This document shows, in pieces, positions 13,501-25,669 of a stretch of 63,189 nt of DNA (positions are counted from its first letter, which is position 1; each line of letters starts with the position of its first letter). Under the pieces are notes generated by a model that ran no database searches, was not told the DNA's origin, and worked only from the letters and a program-made list of their open reading frames with translations. The translations under genes and the position numbers were made by a program. The stretch comes from Atractiella rhizophila (taxonomy: Eukaryota): assembly GCA_021432655.1 (NCBI GenBank), contig MU271449.1:1-63189 (forward strand), written 5' to 3'.

Positions 13501-14779
13501 CATCATCCCTCCTCCTCCTCACTAATGGTGCGTTCTCCAACCTACCCACCATCCTAATTCTCACCTTGCCCCAGTTGTTCACGCTTCGACCAGCACTCTG
13601 CATAACAGGCCAATCATAGGACATCCAACTTTTGAAACAGAAGGTTGTCTTTTCGCACTTCTTTTGCCTTGACTGATATTTGCTTATAGCGTCACACACT
13701 CAGAAAACCGCATGGCCCAGCTCTCGTCTCCAGCCTGATAATCCTTCAGGTTCTCCACTCAGTACGTCTGATGCTGCTCTGCAGAGCAGACAAGTCGGAT
13801 ATATTTCAACTGTAGGTCTGTCTGTCATCTCGTCAAATTAGCTGCTCTCCATGTAAGATAGAACATTCCACTCAAATCCCAACCAGCGAGCAACCACCTC
13901 CTGCCAGCCTCACCTCCCTAACCCAATTGCTCAATCTACCTCCCGGATCGATCCCACCTCCTACCCTCCCTTCTGTCGCGATTCCGAGAGTCCAGAAACC
14001 CACTGGTGCGACCGCGATGTGTGGTGGAAGTGTGGGTGTGAGCAAAATTGGAGGTGGCGGCGGAAGTGTGGGTGCCATTGTAAGTGGAGGCGGTGGCGGA
14101 GGTGTAGATACGACGAATGGTGCAGGTTCTGGACTTGGAACGGGAGGACGTGGGGAACGTGAAAGAGGGAAGAGAGCAGTGGATGGCGGTGAAGATGTTT
14201 TTGGAGGCAGTGGTGTGTGTTCACATTTATCCTCAAAATGGATCTAATGGCAGTGAATAGTCTTGAGGAGCACGAGGGAGATTAGTGGAAAGTAAGCCTT
14301 TTTCAGTATGGCTTTTACAGCGCAGTACCTGATAGCAGGACTAGATTAGCTTACGAGAATACTCGTCACGCTTCGTGGGCAACTGCGAACCCTGGAAAGT
14401 CAGCAAAAGAGGCCCGCAGAGCTATCAGAGCAGAATAATCTTTGCTAGGAGACCGGAGGCAGCAGGCAAGTCGATTTTCACCTGCGCTCGAAACAGAACA
14501 TGACACTAACCATCACATGTATTCATGCACTGCAGTTCTGGCGCAAGGTTGGTAAAGGGCTGGAGCAAGTACCTCTGGACGTTGTCTTCCCTTACCCGCC
14601 AGCTCTTGCTTAGAATTGACAGAAGTAAGGACTTATCAGTACTTCCACTCTCACTGATGCGGATTCCAAAGCAGGCACCACTCACAGTCTCGCTTTCTAC
14701 ATATGTTCGTGCCTACATTTTATGGATCTCTCTTTTTATAATCTATGCCTTGATTTGGATTAATCATGTAAACACAAGA

Positions 14780-15031
14780 CTTGGCTAATCGCAACTAATT
14801 TTGACTAATATTGGCTGAGTAATGTATGTTTGAGGAAAGCTAGGAAGTGACTAAGGAGTGACTGAAAGTGGCCAAAGGATGGGATTCATAGATTTCTGCT
14901 TCCTGAAAGTGACCGGAAGATTTGCCAAAGTGCACATTTTTAGCCACATTGGTCACGATTGGCCACCTTTTTGGTTAGCAACCGAAAACGACCAAAGTTG
15001 GCCAAAAGTGACTAAACGGCTTTTGACAGGG
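14780..15031. mobile_element. Orphan end of a TIR transposon with subterminal repeats
   Basis: Dense TGACTAA/TGGCCAA/GACCAA repeats end in CTTTTGACAGGG (reverse complement CCCTGTCAAAAG, resembling CTCTATGAAAAC). Partner end not identified. Confidence 0.5.
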
Positions 15032-15237
15032 CTTCAGGATTGAGGAGAGCAGCGATTTTTCTGCAGGGTTCTACGCTCTTTTATAGTTAATGCAGGACTA
15101 CATTGCAACGTGGTCACGGCACGGATTTTGGGGTGCTCTAAGAGTCTCTCGATCTGAAGGTTTGTGATTCTGCAGCGCCTCCTAAACCTCAAAACATGGA
15201 AGCCTTCGTCAGCGAGTTATGGGGAATTGAGATAAGC

Positions 15238-15846
15238 TGGTCATTCCCACTGGATTAGGTCATCTCGATGGATGGGATAGATGAAACTATCCAATTCAAA
15301 CGGCATTCGCATGAACAAGCTTGGATGAAAACGATCATTCTTAATGCGTTTGCTGGATGAACGCCTATTGCTGCGGTCAAACTTTGTTGTTTAAGGAGCA
15401 ATTTCTTAGCCATTCAGGTTAGAGGTTAGAGATGTTTCTGAATGCTTCAAGGCTCTCCCTCGTAGAGTATGAATAATATTGACAACTGTGTGTTGGAAAT
15501 CGATGGGCTGAGGAGCGGAGCTAAGTACGACTCGGCTACGTTTGGCTGAGCTCTTGCAAACGCATGAGCACCAGGAAATGGAATTCTATGTGTTTATATA
15601 GCTTACAGCAGTGGCAACTAGAAAATAGTAGAACATTCCTGAAAACTAAAGAACTTTGCCACTGAGTGGCATGAAACTAGACTGCGAAATCCAACACTGT
15701 GGCTTAGGCTATTCGAAGAAATACGTTGGATCAAATGATCGGTCATTTCTGGTGGATAAGGTCATTTCGGTGATAGGATAGATGAAACCATCACCAATTC
15801 AAACGGCCATTCTCATGGATAAGCTTGGATGAAAACGGTCATTCTC
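15238..15846 (+). repeat. Imperfect ~105-bp direct repeat pair (15238-15342 and 15740-15846) upstream of the RRM gene
   Basis: GGATAGATGAAAC...CCAATTCAAACGGC...AAGCTTGGATGAAAACG.TCATTCT is present twice, ~500 bp apart. Confidence 0.8.
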
Positions 15847-16073
15847 GATACATCTTCGAAATAAACGCCTATTACTACGTGCAAAATGGAGTTTTCTATT
15901 TCTACTCTGATGAAAAACAGGTCGTGGCCAGACGGACTCCTCCTTTCCCTCGCATACGATCATTTTTTAGGAAGCATCTGTTCTCATTCATCCTTTACAT
16001 ATTCTGTTGCTCACGATTGCTACTCTCAAAACTCAAAAAATGATTTTGGTGCCATTCGACCATCTGTTTCCTC

Positions 16074-16557
16074 ATGGACCTGGACGATAGGCGCAATAAA
16101 AAGCTCTATGTCGGCAACCTCCCCTACAATCTCGACCACACCACATTACGGACACTCTTCGTGCAGTACGGGTCAATTCACGATTGTGTGATCATGATGG
16201 ATACAGAGACTCCGAACAAGAGCAGAGGCTATGGTTTCGTCACCTTTCGGGAACTGGAAGATGCAATGAAAGCCCGTACACTACTTTTTCGACGACACGA
16301 TAGGTCAATCATCCGTCTTTTTAACAGGTGTATCTTTAAATGGTTTCATCCTTGTGAGTCTCCTTCCCCTTCTGTCTCCCAGCGCCAACTTGAGGACAAG
16401 GGTAAGAACCCCGAACCTCATTGCGCTGCTAGTCAAACTGAGTAGTCATGCAGACGGCAGAACGATCATCGTAGACTTCTCTGTGAGCTAATATTTATCA
16501 TCCCGACTCTAATGTTAAATTTCTTCACAGGACCCAGCCCGCGAAAAGCGACAATGA
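16074..16557 (+). CDS. Small single-RRM RNA-binding protein (multi-exon)
   Basis: RNP2 LYVGNL and RNP1 RGYGFVTF. Spliced continuation ...MKARVSLNGFILDKDGRTIIVDFSDPAREKRQ* requires a 7-nt microexon (GACAAGG, ~16395-16401). Confidence 0.8.
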
Positions 16558-17716
16558 GGCAAAAGTTGCGGCGTGCGGTGAGCCACTCCTTCCATTCCAC
16601 ACCATTCAGCTCCCAAAGCCTTCCCGGGGAAGAAACTAAAACGAGATCGAATAACGATCTGTACCTCATCTTCTCTGCTCCATTTCATTCTCATGTTTTT
16701 ACTCCTAATCGATCTTTCGGAGGTGGTGCGTGTATGTCCTCTTATCTTTCGGCTTAGACGCAACAAGCGCCTGTATCCTCTGCGTTACTTCCACTCCAAC
16801 AAACCTTTCCGTTGCTTTCCACATTCAACACTTCATCCACTGAGTGCCAAAATCTCGTCATACTTTATCGGCTTTCTTTGGAACAATTTGGATAGGTCTT
16901 TGTTATATCACTGGGGCTATTCGTCGAAAATTGCTTTAGGTGAAAAGACTTTCAACAATACAACAGTTGCCTAATGATAAAGGCGAAACTGGAGAGCCGT
17001 GGCTGCTGTAAGCGTGACGAATCAAAATTTGTTGGGTGCTGGCTCTCAAACTGCTGGGTTACTAGCCTTGATTCAGGAGTAACCGATGAAATAGGCGGAT
17101 TACAACAAGGTCGAAATCCGCTGCCTCCATCACTATTAAGTTTGATAAGCTGCCAGGGACTCAATGTCGGAGCGCGACGGCATTACCATAAAACTTCACG
17201 TTCATGTGTGAAGCAATCGATCCGATATGCCCAACGAGGAAAGCTTCCTTAAGGTGCTCCTTAAGGGTTTCATGGTATCATCCTGTAATGCTTTTGCATC
17301 CCTCCGAACTATTCTGCCATTGGCGTGTGGAGTGAGAAACCAAGCATACAAGCGGCGACAGGACCGTAATAATCCCCCTCTCATGCTACTTTGCACTCAT
17401 TCCTATTTCTCCATCGCTCCTCCGTCTATCTTCAACCTTGCAACCCTTCATAAGCATGTCTGCAGGCAAGTCCTCGGTGGTCGAATCTTGTTGCTGACTG
17501 ATAGAGTTCGCATAATGAATTGAATGTTACGGGATGTAGATGTGTCTCTTACGCTGGCTAAAGACGGAGTTGTTTGAAATTGATTGGACGAAGGCTGTCG
17601 CGTAAAATGGTGATTGGAACGTCGATAGAGAATCCCAGGTAGTGAGGGTGGTTCGCTACTTTTCGACCATCAAGTTGCGTTAGGAAGACCCGCCGTGGTT
17701 GAACTCGTCAATCCGC

Positions 17717-17724
17717 TGACGTCA
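17717..17724. promoter_or_regulatory. CRE (ATF/CREB) palindrome TGACGTCA upstream of the Zn2Cys6 gene
   Basis: Exact TGACGTCA ~84 bp upstream of the ATG. The paralog at 48.1 kb also has TGACGTCA (48016-48023). Confidence 0.35.
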
Positions 17725-17807
17725 ATTTGTGTGTTTTGCCGTCAATTGACGCTTTCCTTTCATCAACTTAAAGCATTGGCGTTTATTCGTCTAACCCCAT
17801 AGCGTAC

Positions 17808-19729
17808 ATGAACATTCCAACAACATTGGCAACATTGATGCGAGGTCGGCAGCGTAGCAGAGGTGCGACGCTCTCTTCTAGACGAGGGTCCAAACCCCAT
17901 TTTTCTCGTAGTAAGAAAGATTGGTGTCTAATCATAATTACTGCTTGAGCTTGCCAGTGGAGTAGCTGCTGACGAGTAACGCGGAGTGCTTCAGGTTGCT
18001 TGACTTGCCGACAACGACGTGTGAAATGTGGCGAGGAGCAGCCTGTGTGTGCTAATTGCGGACGGCTGTACCTCAACTGTGTCTACGCAAAAGACCATAT
18101 AGCAGCACATCACACTGTTCAGGACCAACCGTTGGATTCTTATCCCACGACCCCTTCTCACCCATCTCCTGAACAGAATTCTCAAACCACGTCGCAAACA
18201 CAACCCCAGTATCTCTCATCATTCCGAGCAATGCCCAATAGAGCTCTAAGCAGGAGGACGCCCAAAGCCGAACGTTCCTCGATTACGCCTCCACCAATTA
18301 ACCAACCGGAAATCACATCAGGCACACCGTCGTCCTTGAATCAATCCAAATTGGAAATTCACAAGCAACGAACTACATTCCCTCAGCAACGGCCCATCCA
18401 GTTATCGTTGCAGGACGAAAGTTTCATCCGACACTTTGTGGAAGTACTGGCGCCAACATCCAAAGCCATTGAGCCCCAACAGCCGAACTTTTTACTCGAT
18501 TTGTTCCTAAAATCCCTCTTTTCTGCGCCACTCTATGAAGGTGAGAGAAAGTTTAACACCGTTACTGTCTTGCCTCAACTTTGGGATAGGCCTCATGGCT
18601 TATGCCGCGCTCCATCTGAGCAGACAAATTGACCGACCGGATCTCCTTACTATCGCCCATTCTAAACATCAAAGGTCCATGATGCTTCTCGAGTATCCTT
18701 GGGACAGCTCTGCTGTCCACCTCAGAGTCGACATTATTCTTGCTACCTTGCTTGTTTACGCACTATGGGAGGTCAGTCACGGGACAACTTCACAAACGAT
18801 GGACCTCATCTTCGACATGGCACGAGAAGCAGTGACCTCTACCAACCAGACCTTCGCGAGTTTACCCTCTACCGCACAATCCTGTGCTATCATTCTCGCT
18901 CGAATTTGCTTTACTTCCTCTTCCTTTGGAGCCCGAGTGCCAAAGTTCTTGCATTGGCTTCTGCAGTCGACTTTCGGACCTTCCCTTGGAGATAACCTTA
19001 GTGTGGCCCTTCCTTCCATGTATGTGGACTGGCTACGGTGAGCCCTCTTTCTATTTATTCAACGTGGATACAAGAGCTGCGGTGTAGGATCTATCAATTT
19101 GCTGCTCAGGTGTCAACGCTGGACCATGAACTGCAGGCCTTTCGAAGCTCTCTTGCTATTACGGAGCAATTTGACACAGCTATTGAAGGAGGCAGGGTGA
19201 TCCTTCAACGCATAATTTCTTTCAAGGAGCAACTGGATGGCGGCCATGATTTTCGTCTGTCGTATTGCATCGATGACATTCCAGCCATTTTCGTCAACTT
19301 TAGCCCTGACCTGCTCAATCTCATGTACAAATCTGTTTTTGTCAATTCTCTCATCATTTACCTTACCCGAATTATCCACTGTCGACCCGAAAGTCATTAC
19401 GGCTCCGAAATCGTAACAATTGGAGCGACAATCGCTCAATCAGGCGAAGACCCTTCACATCATATCTTCCCTTGGTGCTTGCTTTTTGCAGGGTTGGAAG
19501 CTTCAAACCCACAAGATGTATGTCGTCTCTAACCAGAAACACTGCACTGATGACTACAAACTAAAAGTATCGCTGGATATCTGCATATTTTGATCGCATG
19601 GCTTCCGCTGGTTGGATTTCAACAAAAGCAAAGCTGCTCATGGAGCAAATCCGCGAGGAAGAAGCAAAATCAGGACGAACTCAGCTGCCAGAAACCATTT
19701 TACAGTCCCGGCATTTGGTTGCTTTGTGA
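17808..19729 (+). CDS. Zn(II)2Cys6 transcription factor with C-terminal fungal-specific TF domain
   Basis: CLTCRQRRVKCGEEQPVCANCGRLYLNC cluster after the first intron. Later exons include LMAYAALHLS, DIILATLLVYALWEV and IFPWCLLFAGLEA, typical of the Fungal_trans_2 region. GT-AG introns near 17.91, 18.54, 19.04 and 19.52 kb. Confidence 0.88.
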
Positions 19730-20014
19730 TTATGATCTGATTGTGACAAAGGCGCGCACACGGTGGTGACATGCAATTTCAAGCCATTAAGCATTTCTCG
19801 AATCGGTGATGTTGTATCACGTTTTTTTTGTCGAGTTGACCATTAGCTATGAAAGCTGTGAATGTATAAGTAGTTCGGTGCAAGGTATGACGATTACGAT
19901 TGTTTACCAGAATCATAAGTACAGCCATCCTTGTAGGTACCGAAGCCACTGTTGTATAGGTTGGGGTGAGCAATGGCATGCTGCACCTGCATCCATGAGT
20001 TTTTCCCAAATCTC

Positions 20015-21100
20015 CTATTGATTTGATGCTTGATGGCTCCATACTGAAAATGAGCAGGATATGAGGTGAAACTCGGTGCTATCAGTTGCAGTCCTGCAAA
20101 ACCAAATGGTAAACGCACAATGTCTACAGGCTTGATATAGTCTTGGGCCTAGAACAAAAGTTGATTCAAACATCTGAAAGTCTTGAATTAGTTTCAATTC
20201 GGTATTCCTCTTTTCTTTCCATCGAAGGTCCAGATTATCCATTAACTTAAGTAGATGTTGGTGGGCCCTGGATCGATTGAACATCTGCCGCTTGGCCTTC
20301 GGGTCTCGCGGCCCGGCCATCTCCCACCTATGTAGTCTCTGTAATCGATTCTGAACAAATGTTAAGAAAACGCACTCATATACCTCAATAGCAAATTTCA
20401 TCGTCTGTACCATCTTGGTCAAAGCGACCCACGATTCCGCGTTCGTTACGTCGGAGATTCTAAGTGCGAGGACGCATATGCGGTCGAAAGCGTAATCACC
20501 TGTATCATATACAGGCAGTTCCATCCATTCAGCATCCTTCAGTCTGGACACAAGACTGTGTAGTCGTGACAGCGTATGCTCTATGGAAATGCCGGCAAAC
20601 ATGTCCAGGAATCGTCTCTCGGCGAATTCCAGGTTCTTGGGGGTGTCCCTTATCTTCGTGGCCTTCCCGTTCCTCTGACATATCCCCTTCGCCTGTGTAA
20701 AGTATTTCCATCCCTCGGCTTGGGAATCTGGTTACTTTCCGAGTTGTCCGGCTTCTGGCGTTTCCTCTCCGAACGAGCTGATTTCTGAGACCTGCCGCGC
20801 TTCAGTATTCATCCGGATAGGTGACACTTTTCTTGCTTCTTCAAGCTGAGCCCATCCGGTTCTTCCTCCTCTTCGTCAGAACCACGTTCATACTCCTCTT
20901 CGTCAGAACCACGTTCATACTCCTCTTCGTCAGAACCACGTTCATACTCCTCTTCCGACAACACCAGAAAATCTCCTGAGATGGGCCCTTCCGCCAACCG
21001 TTCCGCTGTGTCTACATCCATGTCGTCGTTGTCTTCACCCTGAGCTACTTCATCGACGTCCCTCTCATTCGCAAAGTTTTCCTCCTCTTCACCGTTGTTA
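20015..21100 (-). pseudogene. Fragmented hypothetical ORF with acidic repeat region (probably TE cargo or ancillary ORF)
   Basis: A 195-codon open frame preceded by a stop-interrupted acidic segment. No recognisable domain. Confidence 0.3.
20866..20955. repeat. 27-bp tandem repeat, 3.3 perfect copies (encodes EEEYERGSD on the minus strand)
   Basis: CTCCTCTTCGTCAGAACCACGTTCATA at 20866, 20893 and 20920, partial at 20947. Confidence 0.95.
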
Positions 21101-21399
21101 CGCTCCTCTCCTGCGCGTCAGGACTCGTCATCGCTCTCACGAGCGTAGGGAGAAGTTGCCAAAAGTGAGTCTCCTCCTCAGAAGCAGTTGTGTTCTATGC
21201 CCCTTTCCCCGCACCACAATCCTCCCTCTTCCGATGTCGTCGCGCTGGCTGCCGCCGCCGGATCATCTTTCGCTACCGCACCGCAAAACGCGTAGGGTTT
21301 CCTGCCACCGCGTATCTCTCGACTGAGTGGCGTTGCTTCAACATGCTGCGGCTTGGTCAGGCCAGCTTAGGTCGATCGGATTTTGAGCAGGTATTTGCA

Positions 21400-23623
21400 A
21401 CTTAGCTCACCTTGAGCAGTTAAACTTTTGTGCCCACTTTGTTGATAAGGATGGGGATCTTACGAATGTTCTACTCGACTTTCCAGAACTCCAGGGGAAG
21501 CATTCGGGAGAAAGAATGGCGAAGGTGCTGTTTTCAGTATTGAAGAAGTATGGATTATTAGGGAAGGCAGGTCTTTCCTTTTCGGTCTCCATTGTACTGA
21601 TTGATGACACTGAAGTAGATATCCATCATTATGTCAGACAATGCGACCTCGAATGACACAATGATGGCGGAGCTTGAAGAACTTTTCAAGGCAGAAAAGA
21701 TCGACTTTCCTGCAATCGAACGACAAGGCAGGTGCTTACCTCACATAATTCATCTGGCTGCCTTAACCCTCTTGAGTGCAATTGGCGCATGGCCCGCAAA
21801 TACAAAGTCTGGCAGCTCGGTCTCATCCAAAATCCTCTGCATCGCTCCTCTGCCTCTGGTTAACGGTCCTCTCCTCACCACTATCGCTGATGAGGGTCTT
21901 CTCCTGCTTGTCCCTATTGATGATGGGATGAATCCACAATGTCGTATCAGTACCAGCTTCAGATGTCAATTAATGCGGATTGTGGTGAAGCAGTAGCAGC
22001 AGAAATTTCAGTGGATGTGAAGACTGATGGACCGGAGAATGACTTGACACAAGAACTGAATGGTGATATTGGCACAGCTATCCAACGTGTAAGTTCCTGC
22101 CCATTGTCTCTCTGAAAGGCACTGAGTCATCACAGCTCCGAGCAATAGTCAAATGTGCACGCGCATCTCCACAGAAGAAGGAGATGTGGTTCAAACTGTT
22201 GGGTCCAACCTTGATCAATAGCGATGAGTCCGAAAAAGTCCTCATCCTTGACGTGCAGACACGATGGCCCTCAACATACAACATGTTGAAGCCGGCGCTT
22301 TTGTTCCGTTCCGCTGTCAACGACTTCTCTCGGTGGTTTTCTGAGGGTTTGAATGGTGTCCGATTAAGCGATCAGGACTGGAATGCCATTGAACTTGTTT
22401 CATCATGGTTAGAAGAGTTTGCAGAAGTGACTGCTCTTATGTCCTCCACTTCCGATGTCACCATCAGTAGTGTTATCCTGCTTTTTCATGGTTTGTTTGA
22501 AAAGCTTGAAGAGGCTATTTGCCACACTCCCTCCCCATACTCTAATACAGGTAAAAGATGGGCTTATAAAAGCTCATCAAAAGTTGGCAAAGTACCATGA
22601 CAAAACAGACTCCTTTCCATATTACTTGTGGGCCATTTGTGAGTGTATGGCTTTCCTTTGCATTTTTCGCTTTTGTTCACTTACGGTTTACTAATCTACA
22701 TGAGAGAGGACAGTACTTGATCCCAGAAGAGGGCTAGCAACCTTGATTTGTTCTGGGTGGAACGTGCAAAGGACAACCTGAAGCAGAAGTTTGATCACGA
22801 CTACGGCAAAGTTATCACACCCTTTCTCACCACTGAGTTCTCGAAAGACGGCAAAATAAAACCTAAGACTGTGCGGCAGAAGCTAAACGAGCGAATCGGA
22901 CGCAATGGCACTACGGAAACAACTTCCACACATATTCTTGTTTGATCGCTATTGGAAGCATGTTCGAACACTACAAGACTCCGATGACACAGAGCCTGAT
23001 GTTCACACTGGGGATCCTCTGGCATGGTGGCAAGGGCAGGCTGAAGGTGACCGATTCAAAGCTTTGGCTCCCCTGGCACGGAGTGTGCTATGCATTCCTG
23101 GTATGTCCTCTCTTACCTCCTCATTCTTCACTCGATATATTGATACCGCAACATTAACATTAGCATCAGCGGTAGCGGTGGAGCGGGTGTTCTCTTCGGG
23201 CAGAGATGTGATCCCACTTCAACGTGCTTCTCTCAAGGCTGAGACAATCCGAAAGCTGATGCTGCTACGCTCTTGGTGGATGCTTGATAAGAAGAAGGAT
23301 GGGAAATGGTCCTGGCTTTTTGAGCCATCTTCAGCATCCGTCCAAGGATGTGATTCTTGAATTGGATAGTGACTAGGAGCTCGAGTGGTTTTGGGTTGCA
23401 AAGCTTTGTTCTCTGTTTTTCGATATATTTTACAGCAACACAATAATATTGCATGTCTTCTACACCATTGACCCGTCCGTCAACAACCCGTCTTGAACCG
23501 TCAGCCGCTCTGTCAGCGTCAAAGGAAGTTGGTGATCAATGTGGTACGGCGACGGTGACGGGTCCATCCGCCCGCTCCCGCCTCAGCTCAAAAATTTGAC
23601 GGACGGGACGGTGAACAGCCCTA
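21400..23623 (+). mobile_element. 5'-truncated hAT (Ac-like) transposon with intron-containing transposase pseudogene and right TIR
   Basis: Motifs AHFVD...LLDFPEL.GKHSGE, SDNATSNDTM, RCLPHIIHLAA, LDVQTRWPSTYNML, DPLAWW...LARSVLCIP...AVERVFSSGR (dimerisation domain). GACGG/CCGTC subterminal repeats at 23470-23615 end in ...AACAGCCCTA (TAGGG-type TIR). Frameshifts present. Confidence 0.92.
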
Positions 23624-23631
23624 AGTACGAC

Positions 23632-24050
23632 ATTGAAAGGAAAGAACGGGAAGGAAATTCCATCAATTTCCAGCTCAGCATTGACAGAATCGTGCGCCTC
23701 CTCCTTTCGCGCCGCTTGCGCACTTGCATGTTGCACCTTTCTGGAACTGTGGCCAATCTTTTGCCACAGGGTGATGGAATTCGGGCACCTCCTCCTTTCA
23801 CCACATGGTTATGTTGCTTGCTTACTTACTCCTTTTTCGCTTGTGTGTTTCCTTTTCTTCAAGTACATTCTAGAACTTTTGCCACTTGCAATTCTTGACT
23901 ATAAAAGCCTGTATTCTGCTGAGTGTGAGACTCATCTTACTTACAGATTGATCTCGTGCTTCGCAGTCTCGTTACAGGGATCTCTCTGTTATAAAAGCTT
24001 TAAACCTGCAAGTGCGAGACCTATACTCATTGTTATCTCGCACTTCGCAG
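23632..24050 (+). mobile_element. 3' remnant of a probable DIRS/Ngaro-like retrotransposon with two tandem TATA+hairpin modules
   Basis: GNSINFQLSIDRIVRLLL...MLHLSGTVAN...GIRAPPPF resembles a degraded DIRS RNase H C-terminus. TATAAAAGC...CTGC.AGTG.GAGAC...TCTCG..CTTCGCAG occurs at ~23900-23966 and ~23990-24050. Confidence 0.5.
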
Positions 24051-24564
24051 CGCTCATACATTTATCAAGCATGAGAAAATCTTTCGCCACAGTTATCTAT
24101 GTGCATGCAGGAAAATGCGGGAACTTTGTCTGAATTTGCCGCGAAAAGCTAGGAATATGGAAAAATGTCGGAAAGGACTTTTGACAAGGGAGCTTCGTCC
24201 CTCAGGCCACATCTGCAAGGGGCATGGCCCTTGAACCCTACAGCAGTGGGAGTTCGAGTCCAGTACAAAACGCATTTTCTTAACCCTTTCAGAATAAAAT
24301 TTCCTTGCAGGTTCAGAAAGGGACAAGCATATGGGTTACAATGGTATAATTCATTTCATTTTATTGTGCATAGTGTGGGAGGTGCGAGGGCTCAAAAGTT
24401 CATTGTATGACTCATGCCAATAAGCCAACATTATTAGAAGAATAGATAGCCGTTCCGGGCCGTTCATTCATTTCCTGGGGCGACCAAAAGGTATGACTCA
24501 CAGAAGGTGAGATTTTTATTTAACCCCAGGGGGTCTGGGCCACGTGGCTAAGGCACACAATATT

Positions 24565-24910
24565 GTTTCTTCACCTTGCTGGATCCGACAGGTCTTACAG
24601 AGTGTTTGGGGATGGCAAGGTGCTTTTAAGTTGCATTTACCTCCTCATTTTTTTACGGCTCTGTGCATCCAATGGACTCAATCAAGCTGCCAATTCAAGT
24701 CTCAACACAAGGAAGGAAAGAGGCGAGGAACTTGTATGGTCATTAGACCACTTAGCATACGGCGCTGTAAGCTTGGAGTGTGGCCCGAGAAGTTACGCTG
24801 TTGTCGATGTACCCATATTCTCCCAGTGAGTGTCATCGTTATTGTATGCCGTGCTCTCGCCATCAGCACTTTTCGCTCTGTCCTCTTCGATTGAAGTCTG
24901 GTGTTTATGG
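24565..24910 (+). mobile_element. Degraded hAT C-terminal fragment related to the element at 30.9-32.8 kb
   Basis: About 60 bp (CTGGATCCGACAGGTCTTACAGAGTGTTTGGG.ATGGCAAGGTGCTTTTAA) nearly identical to the reverse complement of ~30990-31040. AVVDV..IFS is reminiscent of the dimerisation motif. Confidence 0.55.
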
Positions 24911-24989
24911 GCATGAAATCCTCGGCACCGGTTTGTAGTACTAGATGGTCCCGACGTTCGCGTCCTTAGACAAGAACAGATGTTCACGG

Positions 24990-25085
24990 TTTAAGAAACA
25001 GTGGTAATTTCACTTTACTAATTACAATAAAGTTAAAATATTGAATTTTCTAATTACAAGTAATGGGATTTGAACCCATAAATTT
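24990..25085 (-). other. Probable NUMT: 3' half of a mitochondrial-type tRNA (T-arm plus 3' acceptor strand) with AT-rich flank
   Basis: Reverse complement TATGGGTTCAAATCCCATTACTTGTA (25055-25080): ATGGG/CCCAT stem, TTCAAAT loop, 7-nt acceptor strand and discriminator A, inside a sharply AT-rich island. Confidence 0.55.
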
Positions 25086-25669
25086 GCTGCCAGCAGGGGC
25101 TCCTGAGAACCAGTCCTGCTGCTTCAGTATCGTTCTCCTCGCAGCTTCTTGCAATCCGCAATCCATCTTGATGGGCAGCGGGCGGCTCGGAGCCGAATAG
25201 TCGGATGACGGAAAGGAAAGCGTGTGGCAAAAAATCAATGGTTCCTCGGAGCTAACGAAGCAAAGTTGTGAGTCAATGGCTATAGATTCAAATATAGACC
25301 GTGTTGGTCGCGGTGAAGGAGGTGAAACAGGTTGGTGTGGATCTGGAGATGAATAGCCTTCATATATCGTATGCACTCCAAAGCACCATCTTTTAAGGGC
25401 TTTTGTTCCCATTTACTAAAGATATGGGAGATTATCGGATGCCGATCTTGTATGAACTACTGAAGGACATATGCACATTCCATTCTGTGATCCTGATCCA
25501 GTACTGGAAGAACGTAGAAGAGCCCAATCAATCGTCATGTACAAGTAGGCAACCGAGTCCCAAAGAATCTTCGCTTCCGTGCAGTGAATGACGACCAACG
25601 AATGCAGAGAACAGTCGAGTGGAGCACAACATCTGGTTCGCTTGACGATAGCCTTGCTTAGCACAATGA

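Noticed and set aside
15522..15540. CTAAGTACGAC identical to the sequence at the hAT right end (23621-23631), suggesting an 8-kb hAT carrying the RRM and TF genes
   Set aside because: Not followed by a TAGGGCTG TIR or GACGG subterminal repeats; likely a chance match.
20866..20955. Regular repeats as a CRISPR-like array
   Set aside because: Head-to-tail coding minisatellite with no spacers, in eukaryotic DNA with no cas genes.
24240..24270. GTTCGAGTCC B-box-like motif as a tRNA or SINE
   Set aside because: No T-stem pairing, A-box or cloverleaf around it.
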